Assembly (NCBI GenBank): GCA_963820335.1
Contig: CAWFZH010000008.1
Span: forward strand, 38,181 to 102,180
Length of the DNA: 64,000 bases
From: an uncultured Actinomycetes bacterium
GTDB taxonomy: Bacteria; Actinomycetota; Thermoleophilia; Gaiellales; Gaiellaceae
Reading direction: 5' to 3'
In this document: positions 47,841-56,693 of the stretch, one piece after another
Layout of the letters: every line of letters begins with the position of its first letter
Numbering within the stretch: position 1 is the first letter of the stretch
Position numbers and translations under genes: made by a program
The notes under the pieces: model-generated
Database searches by the model: none
What the model was told of the DNA's origin: nothing
Seen by the model: the letters and a program-made list of their open reading frames with translations, nothing else

Positions 47841-48208
47841 GGGTTCCGCCCGAGATCCGCGCCGAGCTGCTGGAGCACGCGCGAACGGAGGCGCCGAACG
47901 AGGCCTGTGGGGTCGTCGTCCTGCGCGACGGTGAGGCCGTCCGGTATGAACGGGGCCGGAACGCGGAGCCTTCCCCGTACCGGTTTCGCCTGGAGATCGC
48001 GCCGGAGGTCTGGTTCCTGGAGGACGACGGGTACGAGCTCGCCGTCTTTCACTCGCACGGGGCCTCCGCGCCGCGACCCTCGCGGGCAGACGTCGTGCAC
48101 GCGGGGCTCTGGCAGGACCGGCCCTACCTGATCCTGCGGGCCGACACCGGGGAACTGGCCGCGTGGCGGATCAAGGGCGATTCGGTGGTCGAGGCTGTCG
48201 TCGAGTAG
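47822..48208 (+). CDS. JAMM/MPN+ metalloprotease (Mec+-like)
   Basis: EACGVV...FHSHGASAPRPSRAD is the JAMM motif (E...HxH...S..D). The start is TTG 47822 or CTG 47837; the CTG forms CTGA with the upstream stop. Confidence 0.8.
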   Translation: MRRRSLRVPPEIRAELLEHARTEAPNEACGVVVLRDGEAVRYERGRNAEPSPYRFRLEIAPEVWFLEDDGYELAVFHSHGASAPRPSRADVVHAGLWQDRPYLILRADTGELAAWRIKGDSVVEAVVE

Positions 48209-49310
48209 CGCGGTCATCGTCGGCGCCGGTGTCTTCGGCGCCTCGCTCGCCCACCGGCTGGCAGGTAGCGGCTGGGACGTGACGCTCGTCGAGCAGTACG
48301 CACCCGGGCACGTTCGGGCTGCCTCCGGCGGAGAGAACCGGCTGATCCGGTTCTCGCACGGACCGGACGTCTGGTACACGGAGTCGGCGAAGCGCGCACT
48401 GGGGCTCTGGCGGGAGCTCGAGGCCGAGTCCGGCGCCGAGCTCTTCGTCCCGTGTGGTGTCGCGTGGTTCTTCGACGAGTCCGAGGACTGGGCCGCGGCG
48501 AGCGAGCGCGCGCTGGCCGAGCATGGGCTTGCAATCGAGCGCCTCTCCCCCGACGAAGCTCAGCGGCTCTTCCCCAGCTTCGACCCGACCGGCCTGACGA
48601 CCGTCTCCTACGAGCCCGAGGCGGGCGTTCTGCGGGCACGCGATGCGACCCGGGCCCTCGCCCAGCAGGCCGTCGTGCGCGGCGCTCGCTTCGTCGAAGG
48701 CGTGGCCGTTCCCGAAGGAAAAGCTGTCGTCGTCGACGGAGAACGGCTCGAAGGCGATCACGTGATCTGGGCTGGTGGCGCCTGGTTGGCACGCCTCTTC
48801 CCCGACCTGGTTCAGCTCACTGTCACTCGCCAAGAAGTGTTCTTCTTCGGTGCGCCTGCCGGCTGGCAGGCTCCGAGCGTTCCCGCCTGGGTCGACTTCG
48901 ACGCCGGCATCTACGGCGTCGGCGACGTGGACGGGCGCGGCTTCAAGGTGGCGCCCGACGAACACGGCCCCGAGTTCGACCCGGACGCCGACGACCGCGT
49001 CGTCTCGGCCGAGAAGGAACGCGTGGCCCGCGAGTACCTCGGACGTCGGTTCCCCGCGCTCGCAAACGGCCCCCTCGTCGGGACCCGTGCGTGCCCTTAC
49101 TCGCTGACTCCGGACCAGAACTTCCTGATCGCACCACACCCCGAGCACGAGAGCGTCTGGCTTCTAGGCGGCGGCTCGGGCCATGGCTTCAAGCACGGGC
49201 CGGCCCTGGCGCAGCACGTCGAGCAGCTCCTGAACGGCGAACAGCCGCCGGATCCGCGCTTCGGCCTCGAAGGCCGAAAAGCCAGCGGCGGCCTACGAAC
49301 TAGAAACTAA
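48195..49310 (+). CDS. FAD-dependent oxidoreductase, DAO family (sarcosine/glycine oxidase-like)
   Basis: The VIVGAGVFGASLAHRLAGSGWDVTLVEQ dinucleotide fold lies upstream of the first canonical start (GTG 48279). The start is provisionally placed at CTG 48195. Confidence 0.75.
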   Translation: MSSSSAVIVGAGVFGASLAHRLAGSGWDVTLVEQYAPGHVRAASGGENRLIRFSHGPDVWYTESAKRALGLWRELEAESGAELFVPCGVAWFFDESEDWAAASERALAEHGLAIERLSPDEAQRLFPSFDPTGLTTVSYEPEAGVLRARDATRALAQQAVVRGARFVEGVAVPEGKAVVVDGERLEGDHVIWAGGAWLARLFPDLVQLTVTRQEVFFFGAPAGWQAPSVPAWVDFDAGIYGVGDVDGRGFKVAPDEHGPEFDPDADDRVVSAEKERVAREYLGRRFPALANGPLVGTRACPYSLTPDQNFLIAPHPEHESVWLLGGGSGHGFKHGPALAQHVEQLLNGEQPPDPRFGLEGRKASGGLRTRN

Positions 49311-49360
49311 GAAGACCCCGAGGGTCAGAAGAGCCGGCCTCGGCCGATGAGTGATCTAAG

Positions 49361-49451
49361 TCGCCGAAAGTGCCAAGCACTTTCGGCGAGTCCCGGGCCC
49401 GTGGCCCGGGACCAATGTAGTGCCGGCCATCCCCCCGAGGACGGCCGGCAC
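49361..49451. terminator. Three consecutive GC-rich hairpins between convergent genes (bidirectional terminator region)
   Basis: Hairpin 1 spans 49361-49389 with a 13-bp stem (TCGCCGAAAGTGC/caa/GCACTTTCGGCGA). Hairpin 2 spans 49390-49412 with a 10-bp stem (GTCCCGGGCC/cgt/GGCCCGGGAC). Hairpin 3 spans 49420-49451 with a 9-bp stem (GTGCCGGCC...GGCCGGCAC). Confidence 0.6.
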
Positions 49452-49464
49452 ATTTGGAGAGGTC

Positions 49465-49830
49465 CTAGGTGACCTTGAAGGTGCCCTTCATCATCGTGGC
49501 GTGAGGAGAGCAGAAGTACGTGACCGTGCCCTTGTTGAGCTTCACGGTCACGGTCTTCGTGCCCTTGAAGGCCACACCGGTGATGGTCTTCCTGGTCGAG
49601 CCCTTCAGCTTGAAGTCGTGGATGTTCGACTTGTCGGCGACGCGGATCTTGTACATGCCGGCCTTGAGTGTCTTGACCTTGGTCGCGCCCTTCTTCAGCG
49701 TGATCGTGAAGCCGGGGCCGACCGTGCCGGTGAGAGTCGGCGTCACCTCACTGGCGGTCGTGGCGGTCGTCGGAACGACCAGGGCCACGGCGGCGCCGAG
49801 AGCGACGATTAAGAGTCGAATACGGGACAT
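49465..49830 (-). CDS. Secreted cupredoxin-like (amicyanin/pseudoazurin-type) blue copper protein
   Basis: A signal peptide is present. Candidate type-1 Cu ligands are H (NIHDF) and C-x2-H-x2-M (FCSPHATMM). A strong AAGGAGG lies 5 nt upstream of the ATG at 49830. Confidence 0.7.
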   Translation of the reverse strand: MSRIRLLIVALGAAVALVVPTTATTASEVTPTLTGTVGPGFTITLKKGATKVKTLKAGMYKIRVADKSNIHDFKLKGSTRKTITGVAFKGTKTVTVKLNKGTVTYFCSPHATMMKGTFKVT

Positions 49831-49945
49831 TTCCCTCCTTGGGGTTGGCTTGAGTCTGTACTTGGATCGCATGTGAACGGATTGCTCTGACCACGATGCT
49901 AGTCGTGTTCGGTTAACCCGCCGGTTACAGGCAGGTAAAGGCTGT

Positions 49946-50806
49946 CTACCCGTCCTGGAACCAGAAAAACCCGACCGTGCCGGGGCCTGCGTGGGTACCG
50001 ATCACCGGCCCGAGCGTGGTTTGGATCTCGATCGTCGCGCGGGGCCGCGTGGCCTGGACGAGCTTGGCCAGCTCAGCCAACCGGTCGGGCGCTTCGGCAT
50101 GCGCGATGGCAACGCGCAACCCCGGATCGTCCTCGGAGCCGGCGAGGAAGGCGTCCTGGAACTCCTTGAAGGCGCGCCGGTTGCCGCGCACCTTCTTGAG
50201 CGGCTCCACCTCCCCGTCGAGGATGGTCATGATCGGCTTGATGTGCAGCAGCTGGCCTGCCATCCCGCGGGCCTTGCCGATTCGCCCGCCCTTGGCGAGA
50301 AACTCGAGCGTGTCGAGGGTGAAGATCAGGTGGTGCTCGGCGCGGTAGCGGTCGATCAGCTCGCCGATCTCCTCGTCCGTCGTGCCCGCCTCGAGCCGTC
50401 GCTGGACGGCTAGCCCAAGCAGCGCGATGCCCGCCGAGGCCGTGCCGGTGTCGATCACCCGCACGCGATCTCCGCCGACTTGCTCCGCCGCGTTGGCAGC
50501 GCTCTGCCAGGTGCCGGAGAGCTTGCGCGGGATGTGCAGCGAGTAGATCCGCTCGTAACCGGCGAGATCCTCGTAGGCGGCGGCGAAGTCGGCCGGCGTC
50601 GGCTGCGAGGTCGTCGGGAGCTCGGTCGCTTCGCGGAGGCGCGCGTAGAACTCGGCCGGCCCGAGATCGACGTAGTCGCGGTAGCTGTCGGCTCCGAAGC
50701 GGACGTAGAGCGGGACGACACGCCAGTTCGGCCAGCGCTCGGGCCCCTCGGGGAAGTCCGCGGTCGAGTCCAGGACCACAGCTGTATTGCCGGCGTCGAG
50801 CTGCAC
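49946..50806 (-). CDS. DegV family fatty-acid-binding protein (FakB-like)
   Basis: VVLDSTADFP...TSQPTPADF...SGTWQSA is the typical DegV pattern. Confidence 0.85.
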   Translation of the reverse strand: MQLDAGNTAVVLDSTADFPEGPERWPNWRVVPLYVRFGADSYRDYVDLGPAEFYARLREATELPTTSQPTPADFAAAYEDLAGYERIYSLHIPRKLSGTWQSAANAAEQVGGDRVRVIDTGTASAGIALLGLAVQRRLEAGTTDEEIGELIDRYRAEHHLIFTLDTLEFLAKGGRIGKARGMAGQLLHIKPIMTILDGEVEPLKKVRGNRRAFKEFQDAFLAGSEDDPGLRVAIAHAEAPDRLAELAKLVQATRPRATIEIQTTLGPVIGTHAGPGTVGFFWFQDG

Positions 50807-50815
50807 GCAGCGAGC

Positions 50816-51190
50816 CTACTGCGCGGCGGCGCGGTGGATGGCCGCGACGATGTCATCGAGCGGCTCGTCCTTGGTGAGGCAGGCCACGGCCCCGGCCGCC
50901 AAGAGGGCCTCGACCTCGCTCCGATTCGCCGACGCGGTCAGACCGACCACCGCGACCTCGGGACAGGCTTCGAGGAGCAGCCGGGTGGCCTGGACGCCGT
51001 CCATCCCCGGCAGCCTGTAGTCCATCAGCAGGACATCGGGGGAATGCTCGCGGCAGAGCGTGGCCGCGTCGTCCCCGTCGGGGGCGGAGGCAACGACCTC
51101 GAGCCCGGGCTGGAGGCCGAGCAGCATCTCCAGCGCCTCGCGGAAGACGTCGTTGTCCTCGATGATCGCCACACGGACGGGAGCGCTCAT
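50816..51190 (-). CDS. Stand-alone response-regulator receiver domain (NarL-type receiver, no output domain)
   Basis: IIEDND, LLMDYRLPGMDG (phospho-acceptor Asp), GLTAS and CLTKD are all present. The ATGA overlaps the upstream DAK2 gene stop. Confidence 0.85.
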   Translation of the reverse strand: MSAPVRVAIIEDNDVFREALEMLLGLQPGLEVVASAPDGDDAATLCREHSPDVLLMDYRLPGMDGVQATRLLLEACPEVAVVGLTASANRSEVEALLAAGAVACLTKDEPLDDIVAAIHRAAAQ

Positions 51191-52722
51191 TCGGCGGACA
51201 GCAAGAGTGGATAGTGAGGCTGGCCGCCCGGGTGAACCTCGAGCTCGATCTCGGGGTAGTGCTCGGCGAGGCGGGCGAGGAGAGAGCCGAGCTCCGGCTC
51301 GTCGGCGCCGGTGATCAGCGTGAGCACGTCGCGAGGCTCCGCCAGCAGCTGGTCGACGACGGAAGACGCCACGGCGTCGAAGGTCGTCCCGCCGGCGATC
51401 GCTTCGCCGTCGACGAGACCCAGATAGGCGCCCCGCGCGACCTGCATCCCGTCCACGTCGACCGTCCGCGAGGCGATGGTCACGGCGCCGGTCGACACGT
51501 CGGCCAGCAGGCTCTCCATCTCGGCAGCGTTCTCGTCGGCGGTGCGAGCCCCCTCGTACCCGACCATCGCAGCCAGGCCCGCCGTCAGCGACCGCGACGG
51601 GATCACCTTGACGGGCTTCGTCGCCAGCCGGGCCGCCTGCTCCGCGGCCATGATCACGTTCGGGTTGTTGGCGAGGACGACCGCCTCTGCGGCACGCGTG
51701 CGGTCGATCCCGTCCAGGATCTCGTCGGTCGACGGGTTCATGGTCTCGCCGCCCTCGACGAGCGCGGCCGCGCCGAGGCTCTCGAAGAGCCGGCGATTAC
51801 CGTCGCCGGTGACGACGGCCACGACGTCGGTCGTCCGCTCGACGTCGGCCGATTGGCTCAGTCGCTCCTCACGCTGCGCCGTCTGGACGTGCATGTTCGC
51901 GATCTCGACGCGTTCGAGCACGCCGAGCGCAGTCCCGGCCCGCAGGGCGGCGCCCGGGTCGTTCGTGTGCACGTGCACCTTGAGCGCCGAGGGGTCGCCG
52001 ACGACGAGGAGGGAGTCGCCGAGCCCCACGAGCTCGCGCTCCAGGGCGTCAGAGTCGAGGCCCTCGCCCTCCACGACGTAGACCGTGCAGTAGCGATAGC
52101 GCGAGGTCTCCAGGTGCACCGCATCGACGCTCAGGGGCTCGGAGGCGGGAGCTTCGGGAAGCGGCTCGCCCCGGACGTGCGCGGTGATCCCGCGAACGAT
52201 CTCGACCAGCCCGGCGGCTCCCGCGTCCACGACGCCTGCCTCCCGAAGGACCTCGAGCTGTCCTTGTGTCTCTGCGACGGCCTTGTCTCCTCGGACGACG
52301 AGAGCGGACAGGAGCTCCTCGAGGCTTTCTCCCTCCTGGGCTTCCGCTTCCTCCGCGAGGGCGCGGATCGCCGTCAGCATCGTCCCCTCCACGGGCTCCC
52401 GCACAGCCTCGTACGCCGTATCCGACGCAGAGCGAAGTGCCCTGGCGACGGTTGCAGTGTCGACCTCCTCCACCGCGCCCAGGACGTCCCACGCGCCGCG
52501 GACGATCTGGGACAGGATCACGCCCGAGTTCCCGCGCGCTCCGAGGAGTGCGGCCCGCGTGATGTCGGTGTCGCCGCCCTCGAGCGCCTCGACCACGGCA
52601 CGGGCTGTGAGCAGCATGTTCGTCCCGGTGTCGCCGTCGGGCACCGGATAGACGTTCAGGTCGTCGATTCGTGCGCGGTTGGCCTCGAGAGCGGCCTCGG
52701 CGGCACGCGCGAGGTCGAGCAC
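51187..52722 (-). CDS. DAK2-domain protein (YloV/FakA-like fatty acid kinase ATP-binding subunit)
   Basis: LNVYPVPDGDTGTNM Dak2 motif and a C-terminal DegV-like/FakA_C region. The GTG at 52722 was chosen, 8 nt after the rpmB stop. Confidence 0.85.
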   Translation of the reverse strand: MLDLARAAEAALEANRARIDDLNVYPVPDGDTGTNMLLTARAVVEALEGGDTDITRAALLGARGNSGVILSQIVRGAWDVLGAVEEVDTATVARALRSASDTAYEAVREPVEGTMLTAIRALAEEAEAQEGESLEELLSALVVRGDKAVAETQGQLEVLREAGVVDAGAAGLVEIVRGITAHVRGEPLPEAPASEPLSVDAVHLETSRYRYCTVYVVEGEGLDSDALERELVGLGDSLLVVGDPSALKVHVHTNDPGAALRAGTALGVLERVEIANMHVQTAQREERLSQSADVERTTDVVAVVTGDGNRRLFESLGAAALVEGGETMNPSTDEILDGIDRTRAAEAVVLANNPNVIMAAEQAARLATKPVKVIPSRSLTAGLAAMVGYEGARTADENAAEMESLLADVSTGAVTIASRTVDVDGMQVARGAYLGLVDGEAIAGGTTFDAVASSVVDQLLAEPRDVLTLITGADEPELGSLLARLAEHYPEIELEVHPGGQPHYPLLLSAE

Positions 52723-52730
52723 TAGCCGGG

Positions 52731-52922
52731 TTACAGCGCCTTTTCTACTTTGCCGGCCTTGAGGCACCGCGTGCAGACGTACGCACGGGTCGCCCGGCCG
52801 TCGAGAAGCACGCGGACGCGCTGCAGGTTCGGGTCGAAACGGCGCTTCGTAGCCACCATCGAGTGGCTCCGGTTGTTTCCGAAGCCTGGTTTCTTCCCGC
52901 AGATAGCACAGATCTTGGCCAT
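52731..52922 (-). CDS. rpmB: 50S ribosomal protein L28
   Basis: [38 protein letters not shown]..., 63 aa. Confidence 0.9.
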   Translation of the reverse strand: MAKICAICGKKPGFGNNRSHSMVATKRRFDPNLQRVRVLLDGRATRAYVCTRCLKAGKVEKAL

Positions 52923-52939
52923 GGCTCGCGGCAGTGTAG

Positions 52940-53551
52940 CTATCGCCGCTCGGTGGCGAGCCGAATCCCGAAGGCGACGAGCACGGCTCCCGTCACCGCA
53001 TCGAGCGCACGGCGGACCCGCTCGCGGCGCAGGACCTCCCCCGCTCTGGCGACGGCGACCGCATACCCGCTCAGCCACGTGAGCGTCAGCGCCGAGTAGA
53101 GCAGCCCGAGGGCGAGCAGGACCACGAACGAGTCGCCGAACTGCGGCAGCAGGCTCGTGAAGAACGCCGCCGACTTCGGGTTGCCGAGGTTGCTCAGCAC
53201 GCCCTGGCGCCAGGCCTGGCGCGGCGACACCGCGCGGCGGGGCTCCGAAGCTCGCTCCCGCGACCGCCGCCGCACGACGCTCCACAGCGTCTGCACCCCC
53301 AGCCAGATCAGATAGGCCGCGCCGACGAGCTTGAGCGCCTGGAAAGCCGGCTCGGAGGCGACGAGCAGGGCCGCGATGCCGATGCTGGCCGCGAACGTCC
53401 AGACCAGCTGGCCGGTGCTGACGCCGAGCGCGGTGAAGATTCCCGCCCGCCGGGTGCCGAGCAACGAGTTCCGGACGGTCAGCGCCGTGTCGGGGCCGGG
53501 CGTACAGATGACGACGAGCGCGACAGCCAGGAAGGCCGCGAGCTCGCCCAC
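52940..53551 (-). CDS. LysE/RhtB family amino-acid (small-molecule) exporter
   Basis: 203 aa with about 6 TM helices and the [10 protein letters not shown] and [11 protein letters not shown] motifs. The start codon directly abuts the ribH stop. Confidence 0.8.
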   Translation of the reverse strand: MGELAAFLAVALVVICTPGPDTALTVRNSLLGTRRAGIFTALGVSTGQLVWTFAASIGIAALLVASEPAFQALKLVGAAYLIWLGVQTLWSVVRRRSRERASEPRRAVSPRQAWRQGVLSNLGNPKSAAFFTSLLPQFGDSFVVLLALGLLYSALTLTWLSGYAVAVARAGEVLRRERVRRALDAVTGAVLVAFGIRLATERR

Positions 53552-54136
53552 TTATCGAAGCGGTCCTGCCGCCTGGGCGCGGAGCTGCGAGAAGACGTCG
53601 GCCATCTCGAGCGCGCTGCGCACAGCATCGGCCGCGCGGTCGATCCGCTCCTCGGCCTGCTTGCGGTTCTCGACCGTCAGCACGCCGAAGGAGACCGGCA
53701 CCCCGGTCTCGATCGCCGCCAGCTGGAGGCCGCTCGCCGCCTCACTCGAGATGTAGTCGAAGTGCGGCGTCTCGCCCCGGATCACGCATCCGAGCGCAAC
53801 GATCGCCGAGTAGCGGCGCGTCTTCGCCAGGGCCATCGCGGCCACCGGGAGCTCAAAGGCTCCGGGCACGGGCATGATCATCACCGCCTCCCGAGGGACT
53901 CCGACCTCGTCGAGCTCGGCGAGCGCCCGCTCGAGCAGCGCGTTGGTGATCCCCGCGTTGAACTTGCTGACGACGATGCCGACCGCGCGCCGGCCGTCGA
54001 CCGCCCCCTTGAGCACGGTGTAGCCGAGGGGAACCTGAAGCTCGCCCTCGGCATGCTCGACGGACGGCTCGTCCCCGTCCATCTCAACCGGGGACATGGC
54101 CGGAACCATGTCCCGCTCGTCGACGCGGTCGGTCAT
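53552..54136 (-). CDS. ribH: 6,7-dimethyl-8-ribityllumazine synthase (with about 35-aa N-terminal extension)
   Basis: [10 protein letters not shown]...VPGAFELP...[16 protein letters not shown] motifs. The ATGA overlaps the ribBA stop. Confidence 0.85.
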   Translation of the reverse strand: MTDRVDERDMVPAMSPVEMDGDEPSVEHAEGELQVPLGYTVLKGAVDGRRAVGIVVSKFNAGITNALLERALAELDEVGVPREAVMIMPVPGAFELPVAAMALAKTRRYSAIVALGCVIRGETPHFDYISSEAASGLQLAAIETGVPVSFGVLTVENRKQAEERIDRAADAVRSALEMADVFSQLRAQAAGPLR

Positions 54137-55395
54137 TCCCGATCCGCGTCGAAGCGGAGATCCTGGTGGTGCAGCCGGTGCCCGAGCTTGTCCCGCTTCG
54201 TCTTCAGGTAGCGCCGGTTCTCGTCGGTCGGGTCGGTCTCGATCGGCAGCTGCTCGACGACCGTCAGCCCGAAGCCCTCGATCCCGGTCAGCTTCTTCGG
54301 ATTGTTCGTGAGGATGCGGATCGTCGTCAGTCCCAGGTCGGCGAGGATCTGGTTCCCGATCCCGTACTCGCGCGCGTCCGCCGGCAGGCCGAGCTCGAGG
54401 TTGGCCTCGACCGTGTCGAGCCCCGACTCCTGCAGCTCGTAGGCCTTCAGCTTGTTCAGCAGGCCGATGCCCCTGCCCTCCTGGGTCATGTACAGAAGGA
54501 CGCCGCAGTCCTCCTCGGCCAGACGGACCAGGGCCTGCTCGAGCTGCTCGCCGCAATCGCAGCGGAGCGAATGGAAGACGTCGCCGGTCAGGCACTCGGA
54601 GTGCACACGGACGAGGACACTCTCAACGCCCTCGACCTCGCCTCGCACGAGCGCGACGTGGTGCTTGCCCGTGAGCTTCTCGCGATAGGCGACCGCGGTG
54701 AACTCCCCGTAGGCGGTCGGGAGCTGCACGGTCGTCGTGCGCTCGACGAGCTTCTCGGTGCGCCGGCGGTGCTCGATGAGGTCGGCGACCGTGATCATCT
54801 TCAAGGAGTGGCGCTCGCAGAACTCGACCAGGTCGGGAACGCGGGCCATGGTCCCGTCGTCCTTCATCACCTCGCAGACGACGCCGGCGGGATTGAGCCC
54901 GGCCAGCCGCGAAAGGTCGACCGCGGCTTCGGTCTGGCCCGCGCGACGCAGGACGCCGCCGTCGCGAGCGCGCAATGGGAAGACGTGGCCAGGCTGGACG
55001 AGGTCGCCGGAGGCCTTCGTCGGGTCGATCGCCACCTGAATCGTGTGCGAGCGGTCCTGCGCCGAGATGCCCGTCGACACCCCTTCGCGCGCCTCGATGG
55101 AGACGGTGAACGCGGTCTGCAGCGGCGTCTCGTTGTGATCGGCCATCTGGCGCAGCGCGAGCTCGTCGCAGCGCTCCTCGGTCAGCGAGAGGCAGATGAG
55201 CCCGCGCGCGTGCGTCGCCATGAAATTGATCGCTTCGGGCGTCGCGAACTGGGCCGCGATCGTGAGGTCACCCTCGTTCTCGCGGTCGGCTGCGTCGACG
55301 ACGATCACGAACTTGCCCTGCCGAACGTCCTCGATCGCCTCCTCGATGGTCGCGAACGGGCTCGTCGGTGGACGCGGTTTTGCCTCAGTTGCCAT
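54133..55395 (-). CDS. ribBA: Bifunctional 3,4-dihydroxy-2-butanone-4-phosphate synthase / GTP cyclohydrolase II
   Basis: VVDAADRENEGDL is the DHBP synthase motif. HSECLTGDVFHSLRCDCG is the GCH II zinc motif. Confidence 0.9.
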   Translation of the reverse strand: MATEAKPRPPTSPFATIEEAIEDVRQGKFVIVVDAADRENEGDLTIAAQFATPEAINFMATHARGLICLSLTEERCDELALRQMADHNETPLQTAFTVSIEAREGVSTGISAQDRSHTIQVAIDPTKASGDLVQPGHVFPLRARDGGVLRRAGQTEAAVDLSRLAGLNPAGVVCEVMKDDGTMARVPDLVEFCERHSLKMITVADLIEHRRRTEKLVERTTTVQLPTAYGEFTAVAYREKLTGKHHVALVRGEVEGVESVLVRVHSECLTGDVFHSLRCDCGEQLEQALVRLAEEDCGVLLYMTQEGRGIGLLNKLKAYELQESGLDTVEANLELGLPADAREYGIGNQILADLGLTTIRILTNNPKKLTGIEGFGLTVVEQLPIETDPTDENRRYLKTKRDKLGHRLHHQDLRFDADRE

Positions 55396-55843
55396 TTCTA
55401 GAATCGTAACTGGGCCGCTCAGGAAGTGGTTCCCAGACGAGTTCGGCGACGTCGAGGACGATGTCGGTGCGCTCGCTCCCCTCGCGCACCTCGCCTGCGA
55501 GAGCGCAGACGCCGTCGTTCAGCCACTTGTACCGCTCGTCGCCGCTCACATGGGTCGCGAAGCCAATCACCTGACCCTTGTCCGGGCGGCCTCTCCCCTG
55601 CACGTGGAAGAGGATCGTCGCGCCGTCGTCGGTCTCGATCACGCCGTTGAAATCAGGCTGATACGTCATGTCCGTTCGGCGGCGAGGCCGGTTGGCGCCG
55701 CGCATCCGGCCGGCGAGCCGGCCCTCGCACCGGCCTTCGGCGATCAGGAAGTGCTCGCTCTCGATGCCGCGCTCGTCGTCCAACTCGACGAACCAGGACT
55801 CCGGGTAGTGGAACGTCAGGCGGTACAGAGGCTCAAGGCGCAC
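55385..55843 (-). CDS. Hypothetical protein inside the rib operon (DUF3237-like beta-barrel, tentative)
   Basis: The 152-aa ORF overlaps both the ribE stop and the ribBA start by 11 nt. The pattern EGRCEGRLAGRM...NGVIETDDGATILF supports the tentative family call. Confidence 0.55.
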   Translation of the reverse strand: MRLEPLYRLTFHYPESWFVELDDERGIESEHFLIAEGRCEGRLAGRMRGANRPRRRTDMTYQPDFNGVIETDDGATILFHVQGRGRPDKGQVIGFATHVSGDERYKWLNDGVCALAGEVREGSERTDIVLDVAELVWEPLPERPSYDSRNGN

Positions 55844-56426
55844 GCGTGACCAGCCGCTCGACGTACTTCGCCAGGACGTCCACCTCGAGGTTGACCCCGT
55901 CTCCCGGCTTGAGCGAGCCCATGGTGGTGACCTCGAGGGTGTGCGGGACGAGCGCTGTCGCGAAGGCGTCCTCGCTGACTTCGGTGATCGTCAGTGAGAC
56001 GCCGTCCACGGTGATCGACCCCTTCTCCACGCAGTAGCGGAGGACTTCAGGCCCCGTCTCGACCCAGACGCGGAGGCTTTCGCCCTCCGGCTCGACCGAC
56101 GAGACTCGCCCCACGCCGTCGACGTGGCCCTGGACGTAGTGCCCACCGAGCGGGTCGCCGGCCCGCAGCGCCGGCTCGAGGTTGACCTCGTCGCCCTCGG
56201 CCAGATTCCCGAGCGTGGTGCGGGCGATGCTCTCCGGGACGGCAGTCACCGAGAAGCGGCCGTTCTGCACCGCGGTGGCCGTCAGGCAGCAGCCGTCGAC
56301 GTCGACCGAGTCCCCGATCGCGGTGAGAGCCGCAGTCTCGGGAGCTTCGATCTCGATGTGCAGGCCGCCCTCGCCGCCCCCGAGCGACACGACGCGGCCG
56401 CGCTCGCGCACGATGCCGGTGAACAT
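55833..56426 (-). CDS. ribE: Riboflavin synthase alpha chain
   Basis: MFTGIV start. The internal duplication carries DGCCLT and VDGVSLT motifs. Confidence 0.9.
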   Translation of the reverse strand: MFTGIVRERGRVVSLGGGEGGLHIEIEAPETAALTAIGDSVDVDGCCLTATAVQNGRFSVTAVPESIARTTLGNLAEGDEVNLEPALRAGDPLGGHYVQGHVDGVGRVSSVEPEGESLRVWVETGPEVLRYCVEKGSITVDGVSLTITEVSEDAFATALVPHTLEVTTMGSLKPGDGVNLEVDVLAKYVERLVTRAP

Positions 56427-56438
56427 CCTGAGAACAGG

Positions 56439-56693
56439 CTACTCGCCGAGGGCGAGGACTTCGACCGTCTCGCGCGCGACCATCTCGACGTGGCCGCGTT
56501 GACCAGGTGCCACCCGATCGAGCTCCTGGACCAGCTCCTCGATCGCCTCGACCTGGCCGGGGGTCAACCCGTCCGTGCCGCTCTCGGTGATCTGACGACG
56601 GAGCTCCTCGTTTCCGATGTGCCGCCCGAGCCACTTCGAGATGACCGCGATCAGGCGATCCTCGGTTGCGGTTGTGTCAGGGCTCGTGGACAT
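56439..56693 (-). CDS. Small hypothetical protein inside the rib operon (84 aa)
   Basis: The ATG at 56693 overlaps the ribD 3' end by 17 nt. The ORF ends 12 nt before ribE. The composition is acidic and helical. Confidence 0.4.
   Translation of the reverse strand: MSTSPDTTATEDRLIAVISKWLGRHIGNEELRRQITESGTDGLTPGQVEAIEELVQELDRVAPGQRGHVEMVARETVEVLALGE

Noticed and set aside
53552-54595. The 347-aa ORF containing ribH, and the 481-aa ORF 59124..60569 containing def.
   Set aside because: Their N-terminal halves are Arg-rich shadow frames inside ribBA and priA respectively. I used the internal ATGs, which are coupled to the upstream stops.
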